Shown here piece after piece: positions 19,268 to 27,147 of a DNA stretch of 64,000 bases. A program made the translations under genes and the position numbers. Source of the stretch: Planctomycetia bacterium (GTDB lineage Bacteria > Planctomycetota > Planctomycetia > Pirellulales > UBA1268); the NCBI GenBank assembly GCA_014192425.1, contig BJHK01000018.1, positions 6,986 through 70,985 on the forward strand, written 5' to 3'. The notes below the pieces were generated by a model, which saw only the letters and a list, made by a program, of their open reading frames with translations, was not told the origin of the DNA and searched no databases. Numbering within the stretch: position 1 is the first letter of the stretch; every line of letters starts with the position of its first letter.

Positions 19268-20602
19268 TCATTCGCCCCGGAGTTTCAGGCCGCGCTCGGT
19301 CAACTTCTCCCGAACCTCGTTGAGGCTCGTAACGCCGAAGTTCTTGCATTCCAGCAAGTCTTCGGCCGTCCTCCGCACGAGATCGCCGATCGTGTTGATG
19401 CCGAGCTTCGTCGTGCACTTGCGGGCCCGCACCGAGAGGTTGAGTTCGTTGATCGGCAGGGAGTTGATCTCCAGATCCTCGCCAGCCGCCTCCAGCGGCT
19501 CCGGCTCCGGTTCGCCCGCCGCGATCGGCCTGACAGCCTGGCCCAGTGACAGGCCCTTCGATGCGAGCATGTCCTTGATTTCATGGAGGCTCGTCTCGCC
19601 GAAGTTCTTGCTCGCCAGGATATCGTCCTCGGTGGTCCGCGCCAGGTCACCGAGCGTGAGGATGCCCATCTTCTGCAGGCAGTTGCGACTCCTGACCGAG
19701 AGCTCGAAATCGCTGACAGGCAACTGCATCACCTGATCGAGCCGATCCCGCTGGCGCTGCTCCTGCTCGTCGAGGTGCAGGTCGCCGGATGCGGAGGAGT
19801 CGCGCATGAAGAGCCGGGCCCGGGGATGGTCGGGGTAGACCTCGAGGATTCGGCGGTAGCACTGCTGGGCGCGGGTGAAGTCGTCGTCGTCCTCGAACAT
19901 GATGCCGAGATTGAGCAGCGCCCCGACGCTCTGGGGATAGCGCTTCAGCGACCGCTCGTAGCAGTCGCGGGCCTCGGCGTCGTTGCCGAGCCGGTCGTTG
20001 ATCACGCCGAGCGCGAACAGCGCCTCGGGATGGCCGGGATCGACGGTCAGGGCCTTCTCGAAAGCCGCCACTGACTCCGCGACCGGAAGGCCGAGATCGG
20101 CGGCGATCAGGCCCCGGGCGGTGAGCGCGGCGGCGGAGGCTTCGGCCTGGGGGCCGAGCTGCTCGATTTCCCGGCGCGCCTCCTGCGACTTGCCGGACGC
20201 CCGCAGGGCCTCGGCGATCCCCGCCGCGCAGGCGCCGGCGTCGTAGCCGGCCTTGCGGGCGGCCTCGAACGATTCGCGGGCCTTGTCGTGCGTCTGCTGG
20301 GCTGCGTGGGCGAGCCCTTGGTAGAAGAGCGCGAGCGCGCCGCCGTCCCCAGTCCGCAGCGTGTCGAGTGCCTCATGGCCGCGGCCGAGCAGAAATTGGC
20401 AGACGCCGAGTTTCACCGCCGCCGCGGGGCTGCGGTCCGACTGCGACTCCAGTTCCCGGACGGCCGCCCGCAGATCGCGGTGCACGCCGGGGTCGCTCCC
20501 CAAGCCGTCGACGAGGCGGCGGATCTCCGTCGGCCCGAAGGGGCCGTTGCCGGTGATCATTTCGCGGACATCCAGCCGTGGGGCGGCAGTCGTGGCAACC
20601 AT
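19268..20602 (-). CDS. TPR-repeat protein with two C-terminal RNA polymerase alpha-CTD-like domains
   Basis: TPR-like repeats are visible (ALFALGVINDRLGNDAEARDCYERSLKRYP, ALLNLGIMFEDDDDFTRAQQCYRRILEVYP). Two alpha-CTD-like modules follow (LPVSDFELSVRSRNCLQKMGILTLGDL...NFGETSLHEIK and PINELNLSVRARKCTTKLGINTIGDL...NFGVTSLNEVR). The ATG at 20602 is preferred over the TTG at 20626. Confidence 0.8.
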   Translation of the reverse strand: MVATTAAPRLDVREMITGNGPFGPTEIRRLVDGLGSDPGVHRDLRAAVRELESQSDRSPAAAVKLGVCQFLLGRGHEALDTLRTGDGGALALFYQGLAHAAQQTHDKARESFEAARKAGYDAGACAAGIAEALRASGKSQEARREIEQLGPQAEASAAALTARGLIAADLGLPVAESVAAFEKALTVDPGHPEALFALGVINDRLGNDAEARDCYERSLKRYPQSVGALLNLGIMFEDDDDFTRAQQCYRRILEVYPDHPRARLFMRDSSASGDLHLDEQEQRQRDRLDQVMQLPVSDFELSVRSRNCLQKMGILTLGDLARTTEDDILASKNFGETSLHEIKDMLASKGLSLGQAVRPIAAGEPEPEPLEAAGEDLEINSLPINELNLSVRARKCTTKLGINTIGDLVRRTAEDLLECKNFGVTSLNEVREKLTERGLKLRGE

Positions 20603-20648
20603 GGATCGACTCTCCTGATGCGGCAAGCGGGCGTGTGGGAAATCGGAA

Positions 20649-20722
20649 AGCCAGCGGCGGGAGTCGAACCCGCAACCCCCGCATTACGAATGCGGTGCTC
20701 TGCCAATTGAAGCTACGCTGGC
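20649..20722 (-). tRNA. tRNA-Thr (anticodon CGU)
   Basis: The 74-nt cloverleaf was folded by hand. The acceptor stem is GCCAGCG/CGCTGGC and the D arm is GCTT..GAGC. The anticodon stem is CCGCA/TGCGG with loop TTCGTAA. The T arm is GCGGG-TTCGACT-CCCGC. The discriminator is U and no CCA is encoded. Confidence 0.9.
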
Positions 20723-20773
20723 GCGGTGGCTGTCCGCCCGGAACGGCCCGGGGGCGACCGACCGGAACTCCGC

Positions 20774-20803
20774 AGGCTATCGTCGGCACCCGCTGATCGT
20801 CAA
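20774..20803 (-). promoter_or_regulatory. Candidate sigma70-type promoter for tRNA-Thr
   Basis: On the minus strand there is a TTGACG (20803->20798), an 18-nt spacer and a TAGCCT (20779->20774), about 50 nt upstream of the mature tRNA 5' end. This is pattern matching only. I am assuming planctomycete promoters resemble the E. coli consensus. Confidence 0.25.
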
Positions 20804-20889
20804 GAGAACCCTGTTTTTCAGGGCTTTGTAGGCCGTCGTGCCGCGTCGCCGGCCCGCCGTTCGGCGTGGGGGCAGACCATCGGGGAAAG

Positions 20890-20989
20890 AAAAAAGTGGG
20901 GCCTCTGACCCGACAGGAGCATCCTGTCTTCGGGAATGCGGGTCAGGGGCAAGGCGACCGCACGCCCGGAACCAAGTCGAAGGCCCCAC
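20890..20989 (-). other. Branched 94-nt hairpin followed by UUUUUUCUUU on the minus strand (candidate sRNA 3' domain or intrinsic terminator)
   Basis: An 8-bp closing helix (GTGGGGCC at 20896-20903 with GGCCCCAC at 20982-20989) encloses two inner hairpins: CTGACCCG...CGGGTCAG with nested GACAGG...CCTGTC, and GGCG...CGCC. On the minus strand a T6 run follows immediately. Confidence 0.35.
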
Positions 20990-21374
20990 CTTTGAATGTC
21001 TTTCGCGGGTGGTGTCGTCGCGGGGACCGCGCCGGACATCGGGAGAAGTGGGCATCTGGCGTGCCAATCCGGATGGATTCGCGGCCGTCCATCGGCCGGC
21101 CCCGTGCCGGCCGCATGAACGCGGGCCAATCGCCTGTTTTTTAGCGATTCCGGCGGGCGGCGTGCCGGCCTGCGCGGCGTAGTCTGGGCCGCGACCCGGC
21201 CGTAGCGACCGTTTCATTCCGCGGCGGAGCGCCGCATTTTGCCCGGCTCTGGGCGCGCGATCGGCCGGCGCCAGGAAAGCCCGCACGGTCGGTCCTGGCC
21301 AGCCCGCTGTATGATTCCGCCGCGAGCATGGCACACCATCGTCGTGCCCAGCCCGTCCTCTAGAGGTCCGTGCC

Positions 21375-22214
21375 GTGAACCCCCGCCTGCCCGCCTGCAT
21401 CGGCCCGCATCGCTGTGGCCCCGAACAGCCGCTGCTGCTCATCGCTGGGCCGTGCGTCATCGAGACCGAGGATCTCTGCCTGCGGATCGCCGATCGACTG
21501 GCGTCGCTCGCCGCCCGGCTGCCGGTGCAGGTGGTGTTCAAGGCGTCGTACGACAAGGCGAACCGGACCAGCGGGGCCGCGTTTCGTGGCCCCGGACTCG
21601 ACGACGGCCTTGCCGTGTTGGAGAAGGTGCGGTCGGTCACCGGCCTGCCCGTCACAACCGACGTCCACCTCCCCGAGCAGGCGACCGTCGCCGGCGGCAT
21701 CTGCGACATGCTCCAGGTGCCCGCCTTCCTCTGCCGGCAGACGGATCTGCTCCTCGCCGCGGCGGCGACCGGCAAGGCGGTCAACGTCAAGAAGGGGCAG
21801 TTCGTGGCGCCGGGCGACATGAAGCACGTGGTGGCGAAGCTGCTCGCCGGCGGCTGCCGCGACGTGCTGCTCTGCGAGCGTGGCACCTTTTTCGGTTACG
21901 GACGGCTGGTCAACGACTTCGGCGGACTGCCTCTGATGCGGTCCTTCGGCGTGCCGGTGATCTTCGATGCCACGCACTCGGTGCAGCAGCCGGCCAGCCT
22001 CGGCGAGGCCACCGGTGGCGATCGCGGCCTCGTCGAGCCGCTGGCCCGCGCCGCCGCCGCGGTCGGCATCGATGGCCTGTTCTTCGAGACGCATCCCGAC
22101 CCCGACCGCAGCCCGAGCGACGGACCGAACATGGTTCCGCTCGATGACCTGCCGGCCGTGGTCGAGCGGGTGCTCATGATCCACGAGGCCCGCCTGCGCG
22201 GGGAGCGGCCGTGA
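21375..22214 (+). CDS. kdsA: 3-deoxy-8-phosphooctulonate (KDO-8-P) synthase
   Basis: The product contains [43 protein letters not shown] and FDATHSVQ motifs. Confidence 0.95.
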   Translation: MNPRLPACIGPHRCGPEQPLLLIAGPCVIETEDLCLRIADRLASLAARLPVQVVFKASYDKANRTSGAAFRGPGLDDGLAVLEKVRSVTGLPVTTDVHLPEQATVAGGICDMLQVPAFLCRQTDLLLAAAATGKAVNVKKGQFVAPGDMKHVVAKLLAGGCRDVLLCERGTFFGYGRLVNDFGGLPLMRSFGVPVIFDATHSVQQPASLGEATGGDRGLVEPLARAAAAVGIDGLFFETHPDPDRSPSDGPNMVPLDDLPAVVERVLMIHEARLRGERP

Positions 22215-23851
22215 AAGCGCGTCCGATCGCGGCGATCGTGACGGCGGTCAGCATGACGCTGGCGGGGTGCGCGGGCCGGCCGCCGGCACCGCTGCCAGCG
22301 GCACGTGCGTTGCCGGTCGCGCAGCCTCCTGCCGCCGGCGCGGTTCTCGAAGGGGCCCTCGCGATCCTCGATCGGCTCGACGAGTATGCCGAGGACGAGG
22401 CGTATCGCCAGGTGTCGGAGCGGCTCGCCGAGTGGCGTCGGGTGCAGCCTGTGGAGGCTGCCGTCCGGCCTGGCGGGACGAACGGCGTGGAGCGGCTGGT
22501 GGCCGGATTGCCCGAGCGGCTCCGCGCCCCTGCCGCGTCCCGCGACGCCGCCGATGAACTTCGCCACCTGCGCGATTGTTGCTGGCTGGCGGGCGTGGCC
22601 CGCCAAGGCCGGGACCGGGCGGCGGCTGGCGAACCGCTGGCGGTGGCGACGGAGCTCTTCCGTTGGACCGTCCGCTCCCTGGCCATCGTCGCAGATCCTC
22701 CGGCCGTGCCGACGGCGGCCGCGCCGGGCAGCCGCTGGCTGATGCCCGGGGAGATCCTGCTCGCCGGCCGGGCCAGCGCGTCGCAGCGGGCGTGGATCTT
22801 CCTTGAGCTCCTCCGTCAGGCTGGCATCGACGGCGTCATGCTTGCGACGGGCGTTGATGGCAGCCTGCGGCCATGGCTGCCGGCGGCGATCATCGACGGC
22901 GAGGCGTACCTGTTCGAACCCGCCTACGGCATGCCGGTGAGCGGCTCGGGGGGCAACGGCATCGCCACGGCCCGCCAGGCTGCCGCCGAGGCGAGCGTGC
23001 TGGGGGCGCTGTCGCTGCCCGATCGGCCCTATCCGCTGCAGGCTGCCGACGTCGGGCACCTGGTGCCGCTCGTGGCGGCCGATCCGTCGGTACTCGAGGG
23101 CCGCGGGGCGGACATGCAGGCCGCGCTCGACCGGCTGCACGGGCCGCGGGTGACGGTCGACGCCGCGGCCCTCCTCGCGCGGGCTTGCCGAGCGATTCCT
23201 GGCAGCGGGGAAGACCGCGGCGGCCTCTGGGAGTTTCCCTTCGAGACGGTGGCCCGGCGTCGCGAAGATCCCGCCCGCGTGCGGCCCGCCCTGCAGGCCG
23301 AACTCGCCCCGTTGAATATCCCCACGCTGCCGGCCGTGGCGGCCCGGTATGCGGCACGTTCGCGGCGGGGTACGGAAGAAGACGGCCAAGGATCGGCGTT
23401 CGACGTCGAGGAACGGGCGGAGGCTCCCCGGTTTCTCCGGCCGCTGTTCGCCGGGAGGGTCCGCGAATTTCGCGGGGACGTGGCCGGCGCCCGGGAGGCA
23501 TACATGGCCTCGCGGCCGAGTGCCCGGGAGATCGCCGAGGCGGTCGCGTCCGCTCCTCCCGAGGCCCGCGACGGCCTGACGAGGACGCTCGAGCGGATGC
23601 GCGAGGACGCGGGCTACTGGCTCGGCATCGTGTCTGTGGCGGCGGGAGAGGATCGGTCGGCGGTCGACTTCCTCGAGCGGGTGACCCTCGGCGAGCATCC
23701 TCAGGGGAGGTGGACCGATGCCGCTCGGGTCAACCTTGCCGGGCCGCTCGTCGCGCTCGGCAGGATCGAGGAGGCGGCACGGTTGCTCCGCACGGACGAG
23801 TCGCCGCAGCGGTTCGGCAGCCGGCTGCGGGCCGACGCGCTGCGGCCGTAA
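22211..23851 (+). CDS. Lipoprotein, possibly with a transglutaminase-like core and a TPR-like C-terminus
   Basis: The GTG start overlaps the kdsA stop (GTGA). A lipobox is present (VSMTLAGC). The segment [26 protein letters not shown] resembles the transglutaminase-core helix but lacks the Cys. The family call is weak. Confidence 0.6.
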   Translation: MKARPIAAIVTAVSMTLAGCAGRPPAPLPAARALPVAQPPAAGAVLEGALAILDRLDEYAEDEAYRQVSERLAEWRRVQPVEAAVRPGGTNGVERLVAGLPERLRAPAASRDAADELRHLRDCCWLAGVARQGRDRAAAGEPLAVATELFRWTVRSLAIVADPPAVPTAAAPGSRWLMPGEILLAGRASASQRAWIFLELLRQAGIDGVMLATGVDGSLRPWLPAAIIDGEAYLFEPAYGMPVSGSGGNGIATARQAAAEASVLGALSLPDRPYPLQAADVGHLVPLVAADPSVLEGRGADMQAALDRLHGPRVTVDAAALLARACRAIPGSGEDRGGLWEFPFETVARRREDPARVRPALQAELAPLNIPTLPAVAARYAARSRRGTEEDGQGSAFDVEERAEAPRFLRPLFAGRVREFRGDVAGAREAYMASRPSAREIAEAVASAPPEARDGLTRTLERMREDAGYWLGIVSVAAGEDRSAVDFLERVTLGEHPQGRWTDAARVNLAGPLVALGRIEEAARLLRTDESPQRFGSRLRADALRP

Positions 23852-23863
23852 TCGGCGCTTCCG

Positions 23864-23913
23864 CCTGGGGCGGCCCGAGCGGTTCCCATCCGCCATAATG
23901 AGGCCGCCCCAGG
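23864..23913 (+). terminator. Perfect 12-bp inverted repeat just downstream of the lipoprotein gene (possible terminator or boundary element)
   Basis: CCTGGGGCGGCC (23864-23875) pairs with GGCCGCCCCAGG (23902-23913) across a 26-nt loop that contains CATAAT. No U-tract follows. Confidence 0.3.
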
Positions 23914-24039
23914 CGAATTCGCCTGCTGCGACGGTTCGCGTTGTCCGCGACAGCCCGGGCGGGTATCCTCACCGGACTGTTCCCGGCCGGCAGGCATTCG
24001 GGTTCGAAGCGTCAGGTTCACACGTCAGGATTCAGGATC

Positions 24040-24300
24040 ATGAAGGACGACATTCATCCCCGGTACATCGACACGGTGGTCCGCTGCGGTTGCGGCAACA
24101 CGTTCGCCACGCGGAGCACGGTGCCCGAGATCAAGGTGGACATTTGCAGCCTCTGCCATCCGTTCTTCACCGGCAAGCTGAAGTTCGTTGATACCGCCGG
24201 GCGGATCGAGAAATTCAAGAGCAAGTTCGCCGGTGCCGGCTACGCCAGCCTCAAAAAGAAGAAGGCGGGGGCCGCGGCGGCCGAGCCGTCCGCGTCCTGA
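24040..24300 (+). CDS. rpmE: 50S ribosomal protein L31 (Zn-ribbon type A)
   Basis: The product is [22 protein letters not shown]...[11 protein letters not shown]. The internal ATG sits within a 119-aa ORF. Confidence 0.9.
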   Translation: MKDDIHPRYIDTVVRCGCGNTFATRSTVPEIKVDICSLCHPFFTGKLKFVDTAGRIEKFKSKFAGAGYASLKKKKAGAAAAEPSAS

Positions 24301-24303
24301 TCC

Positions 24304-25416
24304 ATGGGTGAACACCCGGCCGGCGGGATCCGCGACCTGCTGAGCGAGCGGCTCGCCCGGTTCGAGGAATTGGAACGGGCTCTGGTCGATCCCGTCCTGC
24401 TCTCCGATCCGCAACGGCTTTCGGCGGCTGCCCGTGAGCATGGCACGCTGGCGAAACTGGCCCTGAAGTATCGGCAGTTCATTGCTCTCGAGCGGCAGAT
24501 CGCCGACCTGCGCGGGCTCGTGGCGGGCGCCGACCGCGACATGCGCGGGCTGGCCGAGGCCGAACTGCCCGACCTGGAGCGGCGCCGCGAGGCCGAGTGG
24601 GAGGCGCTCCTGGACCTCTGCTCCACGGATGCCGACGCGGAACGCCCCCGCTGCATCATGGAACTGCGGGCCGGCACCGGCGGCGACGAGGCGGCGCTCT
24701 TCGTCCGCGACCTCTACGAAATGTATCGCCGGGCCGGGGTCGAGCTCGGCTGGGAGTTCGAGGTCCTCGACGCCAGCCCCACCGAACTCGGCGGCTTCAA
24801 GGAACTCGTGCTCGGCGTCTCGGGGGAGGCGGTCTACCGGCGGTTGCGGCACGAGAGCGGCGGGCATCGCGTGCAGCGCGTCCCCGACACGGAGACGAAG
24901 GGCCGCATCCACACCTCGGCGGCCACGGTCGCGGTCCTGCCCGAGCCGGAGGACGTGGAGGTGTCGATCGCCCCGGACGAGTATCGCAAGGACCTGTTCT
25001 GCGCCAGCGGCCCGGGCGGGCAGCACGTCAACAAGACGGCCTCGGCAGTGCGGCTCACGCACCTCGAGACTGGGATCGTCGTCCAGTGCCAGGACGAGAA
25101 GAGCCAGCACAAGAACCTCGCCAAGGCGCTGCGCGTGCTGAAGACGCGGCTCTACGAGCATCGTCGGCAGATCGAGCACGACAAGCGGTCGGCAGAGCGC
25201 CGCACGCTCGTCGGCTCGGGGGACCGCAGCCAGCGGATCCGCACCTACAACTATCCGCAGAACCGCGTCACCGACCATCGCATCAACGAGAGCTTCACCC
25301 TCGACCAGGTGATGGTGGGTCGGCTGGGCCTGGTCATCGACGCGCTCGAGGAGCATGGCCGGCGCGAGCGTCGGTCGGAGATGGAGCGGTCCGCTAGCGG
25401 TGCGCCTGCCGGCTGA
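24304..25416 (+). CDS. prfA: Peptide chain release factor 1
   Basis: The GGQ motif is present ([11 protein letters not shown]). The RF1-type tripeptide region is [23 protein letters not shown]. The gene sits in the conserved rpmE-prfA-prmC order. Confidence 0.95.
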   Translation: MGEHPAGGIRDLLSERLARFEELERALVDPVLLSDPQRLSAAAREHGTLAKLALKYRQFIALERQIADLRGLVAGADRDMRGLAEAELPDLERRREAEWEALLDLCSTDADAERPRCIMELRAGTGGDEAALFVRDLYEMYRRAGVELGWEFEVLDASPTELGGFKELVLGVSGEAVYRRLRHESGGHRVQRVPDTETKGRIHTSAATVAVLPEPEDVEVSIAPDEYRKDLFCASGPGGQHVNKTASAVRLTHLETGIVVQCQDEKSQHKNLAKALRVLKTRLYEHRRQIEHDKRSAERRTLVGSGDRSQRIRTYNYPQNRVTDHRINESFTLDQVMVGRLGLVIDALEEHGRRERRSEMERSASGAPAG

Positions 25417-25428
25417 CGCCCGGCGGCC

Positions 25429-26358
25429 ATGCCCCCCGAGGAGATCATCCCGTTGAACGCCCAGGAATCGACCGCCGGCAGCGCGGGAAGTCCGCAGGCC
25501 TGGACCGTCGGCAGGCTGCTCGCCTGGACGACTGAGTGGCTCACGGCCCGCGGGGCGGAGACGCCGCGGCTCGACGCCGAGGTGCTGCTCGCGCACGTTC
25601 GCGGCTGCCCGCGGATCGCCCTCTACACCACCTTTGACGTGCCGGTGGCCGACGATGAGCGCGACCGGTTTCGCGGCCTCGTCAAGCGGCGCGGCGGCGG
25701 CGAGCCGGTCGCCTATCTCGTCGGGAGCAAGGAATTCTTCTCTCTGCCGTTCACGGTGACCAAGGACGTGCTCGTGCCGCGGCCGGAGACGGAGGGGCTC
25801 GTGGTCCGGGCCCTCGACCTCTGCGGCGGCCTGGCGGCGCCGCGGATCCTCGACGTCGGCACCGGGTCGGGCGCGATCGTCGTCACGCTCGCCCGCCGCC
25901 TGCCGGGGGCCAGGTGCGTCGCCACCGACATCTCTCCCGCGGCGCTCGAGGTGGCCCGTGGCAACGCCGCCCGGCACGGCGTAGCTGAGCGGATTGCGTT
26001 CGTGGGCTGCGACCTGATCGCCGATCAGGCCGCGGCCGGCCCCTTCGACCTGATCGTCAGCAATCCGCCCTACGTGCGCGAGGAGGAGTTCGCGGGGTTG
26101 CCGGCGGACGTCCGGCTGCACGAGCCGCGGACCGCGCTGGTGGCGGGGCCGACGGGCGTCGAGGTGGTCGAGCGGCTGGTGGCCGCGGCGCCGCGAACGC
26201 TCGCGCAAGGGGGCTGGCTGCTCATCGAGATCGGGCCGGCCATCGCCGTGGCGGCCGAGGCGATCGTCGCGGACGCGGCCGATCTCGTGCCCGGCCCGAC
26301 GCTCCGCGACCTTGCCGGTCTGCCGCGGGTGCTCCAGGCGCGTGTCCGTCCCGCGTGA
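25429..26358 (+). CDS. prmC: Release-factor glutamine N5-methyltransferase
   Basis: The product has the SAM-binding motif ILDVGTGSGAI and the catalytic motif IVSNPPYV. It lies downstream of prfA. Confidence 0.9.
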   Translation: MPPEEIIPLNAQESTAGSAGSPQAWTVGRLLAWTTEWLTARGAETPRLDAEVLLAHVRGCPRIALYTTFDVPVADDERDRFRGLVKRRGGGEPVAYLVGSKEFFSLPFTVTKDVLVPRPETEGLVVRALDLCGGLAAPRILDVGTGSGAIVVTLARRLPGARCVATDISPAALEVARGNAARHGVAERIAFVGCDLIADQAAAGPFDLIVSNPPYVREEEFAGLPADVRLHEPRTALVAGPTGVEVVERLVAAAPRTLAQGGWLLIEIGPAIAVAAEAIVADAADLVPGPTLRDLAGLPRVLQARVRPA

Positions 26359-26640
26359 TCAGGACGGCGCCGATCAGGACGGCGCCGATCAGGACGGCGC
26401 CGATCAGGACGGCGCCGATCCAGGGATCATCAGGACAGGGGATCATCAGGACAGGGGATCATCAGGACAGGGGATCATCAGGACAGGGGATCATCAGGAC
26501 AGGGGATCATCAGGACAGGGGATCATCAGGACAGGGGATCATCAGGACAGGCACCCGGAGGGGATCATCAATCATCAATCAGGACAGGCACCCGGGGCAA
26601 TCAGGACAGGAGACATCAGAGGACAGGCACAGGACACGGC
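26357..26640. repeat. Compound tandem array: 4 x 15 bp (GATCAGGACGGCGCC), then 7 perfect x 16 bp (ATCATCAGGACAGGGG), then degenerate copies containing GGACAGGCAC
   Basis: Read directly from the sequence. The 15-bp units span 26357-26416. The 16-bp units start at 26426 and recur every 16 nt to 26537. Degenerate units run to about 26640, with exact GGACAGGCAC at 26545, 26582 and 26621. The first unit overlaps the prmC stop codon. Confidence 0.95.
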
Positions 26641-26664
26641 GACTGTCCGGGCCCCTGTCGGCCC

Positions 26665-27015
26665 CTAGTGCGGCGGGGTCTGATCGTCTGGATCAGTCTT
26701 GGTTCGCCGACGCGGTTTGCCCGAATCGTTGCGGCGGAACACCGCCACGACGTCCTCGATCGGCACGACATACAGCAGGTTGTCCTGCTCGAAATCGACT
26801 GGGATCGAGTTCTTGGGGTGAAACAGCACCTTGTCGTACTTCTCGATCGGAAAGTCGGCATCCCGCTCCACCTGCAGGCTGACCTCGACGACCCGGCCGG
26901 TGATCGTGGGGATCTCAGCTTGGTCGGGGAGGACGATGCCTCCCCGGGTTTTCTGCCGGCTCTCGTCTTTGCGGATCAGGACACGCATTCCCAGCGGTTC
27001 GACGAACTCGTCCAT
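26665..27015 (-). CDS. Divergent GroES/Cpn10-family co-chaperonin-like protein (orphan, with a basic C-terminal tail)
   Basis: The product MDEFVEPLGMRVLIRKDESRQKTRGGIVLPDQAEIPTITGRVVEV...DKVLF aligns by eye with the GroES pattern (RVLV...T.GGI.LP......G.V.AVG...GD.V.F). No groEL is adjacent. GC is lower than in the flanks. Confidence 0.7.
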   Translation of the reverse strand: MDEFVEPLGMRVLIRKDESRQKTRGGIVLPDQAEIPTITGRVVEVSLQVERDADFPIEKYDKVLFHPKNSIPVDFEQDNLLYVVPIEDVVAVFRRNDSGKPRRRTKTDPDDQTPPH

Positions 27016-27147
27016 TACACGTTTCCCTTTGGTGCGGCGACGGTTGCGGTGGGCCGTCGCGTCCGTGAGTCGACCACGGACTCTTGGTCGACGTGTTGTA
27101 CGGTACGCTTCGTCGCGTTGCCAGGCAGACATCCAGGAGGACATCCA

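Noticed and set aside
20896-20989. Identity of the structured element as SRP RNA, tmRNA, RNase P RNA, 6S RNA or a guanidine-III riboswitch
   Set aside because: I checked both strands by eye. There is no GGAA-tetraloop/AGCA helix-8 motif (SRP). There is no tRNA-like acceptor/T-arm end (tmRNA). There is no GAGGAAAGUCCGGGC P4 block (RNase P). The partial GGUCAGG resemblance to guanidine-III lacks the required pseudoknot partners. The element is left as unclassified.
20777-21886. A 369-aa minus-strand ORF, and the small ORFs 20838..21182 (+), 20866..21144 (+) and 20818..21129 (-) in the tRNA-kdsA gap
   Set aside because: They are Arg/Pro/Ser-rich, overlap one another in several frames, and the long one runs antisense into kdsA. 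There is no coding signature.
24025-26208. A 727-aa minus-strand ORF across rpmE-prfA-prmC. Similar shadows are 45771..48101 (+) over gcvP, 43855..45384 (-) over mqnB/mqnD and 21896..23896 (-) over kdsA and the lipoprotein gene.
   Set aside because: They lie opposite highly conserved housekeeping genes and have shadow-frame composition.
26357-26640. A possible CRISPR array (also considered for 55230-55335)
   Set aside because: The units are only 15-16 bp and directly abut with no unique spacers. No cas genes are nearby.
26312-26882. ORFs 26312..26668 and 26355..26882 encoding repeats of the type GSSGQGIIRTGDHQDR
   Set aside because: They simply read through the 15/16-bp tandem arrays. A 16-bp period is not codon-compatible, two frames are open at once, and the second ORF overlaps the GroES-like gene on the other strand.
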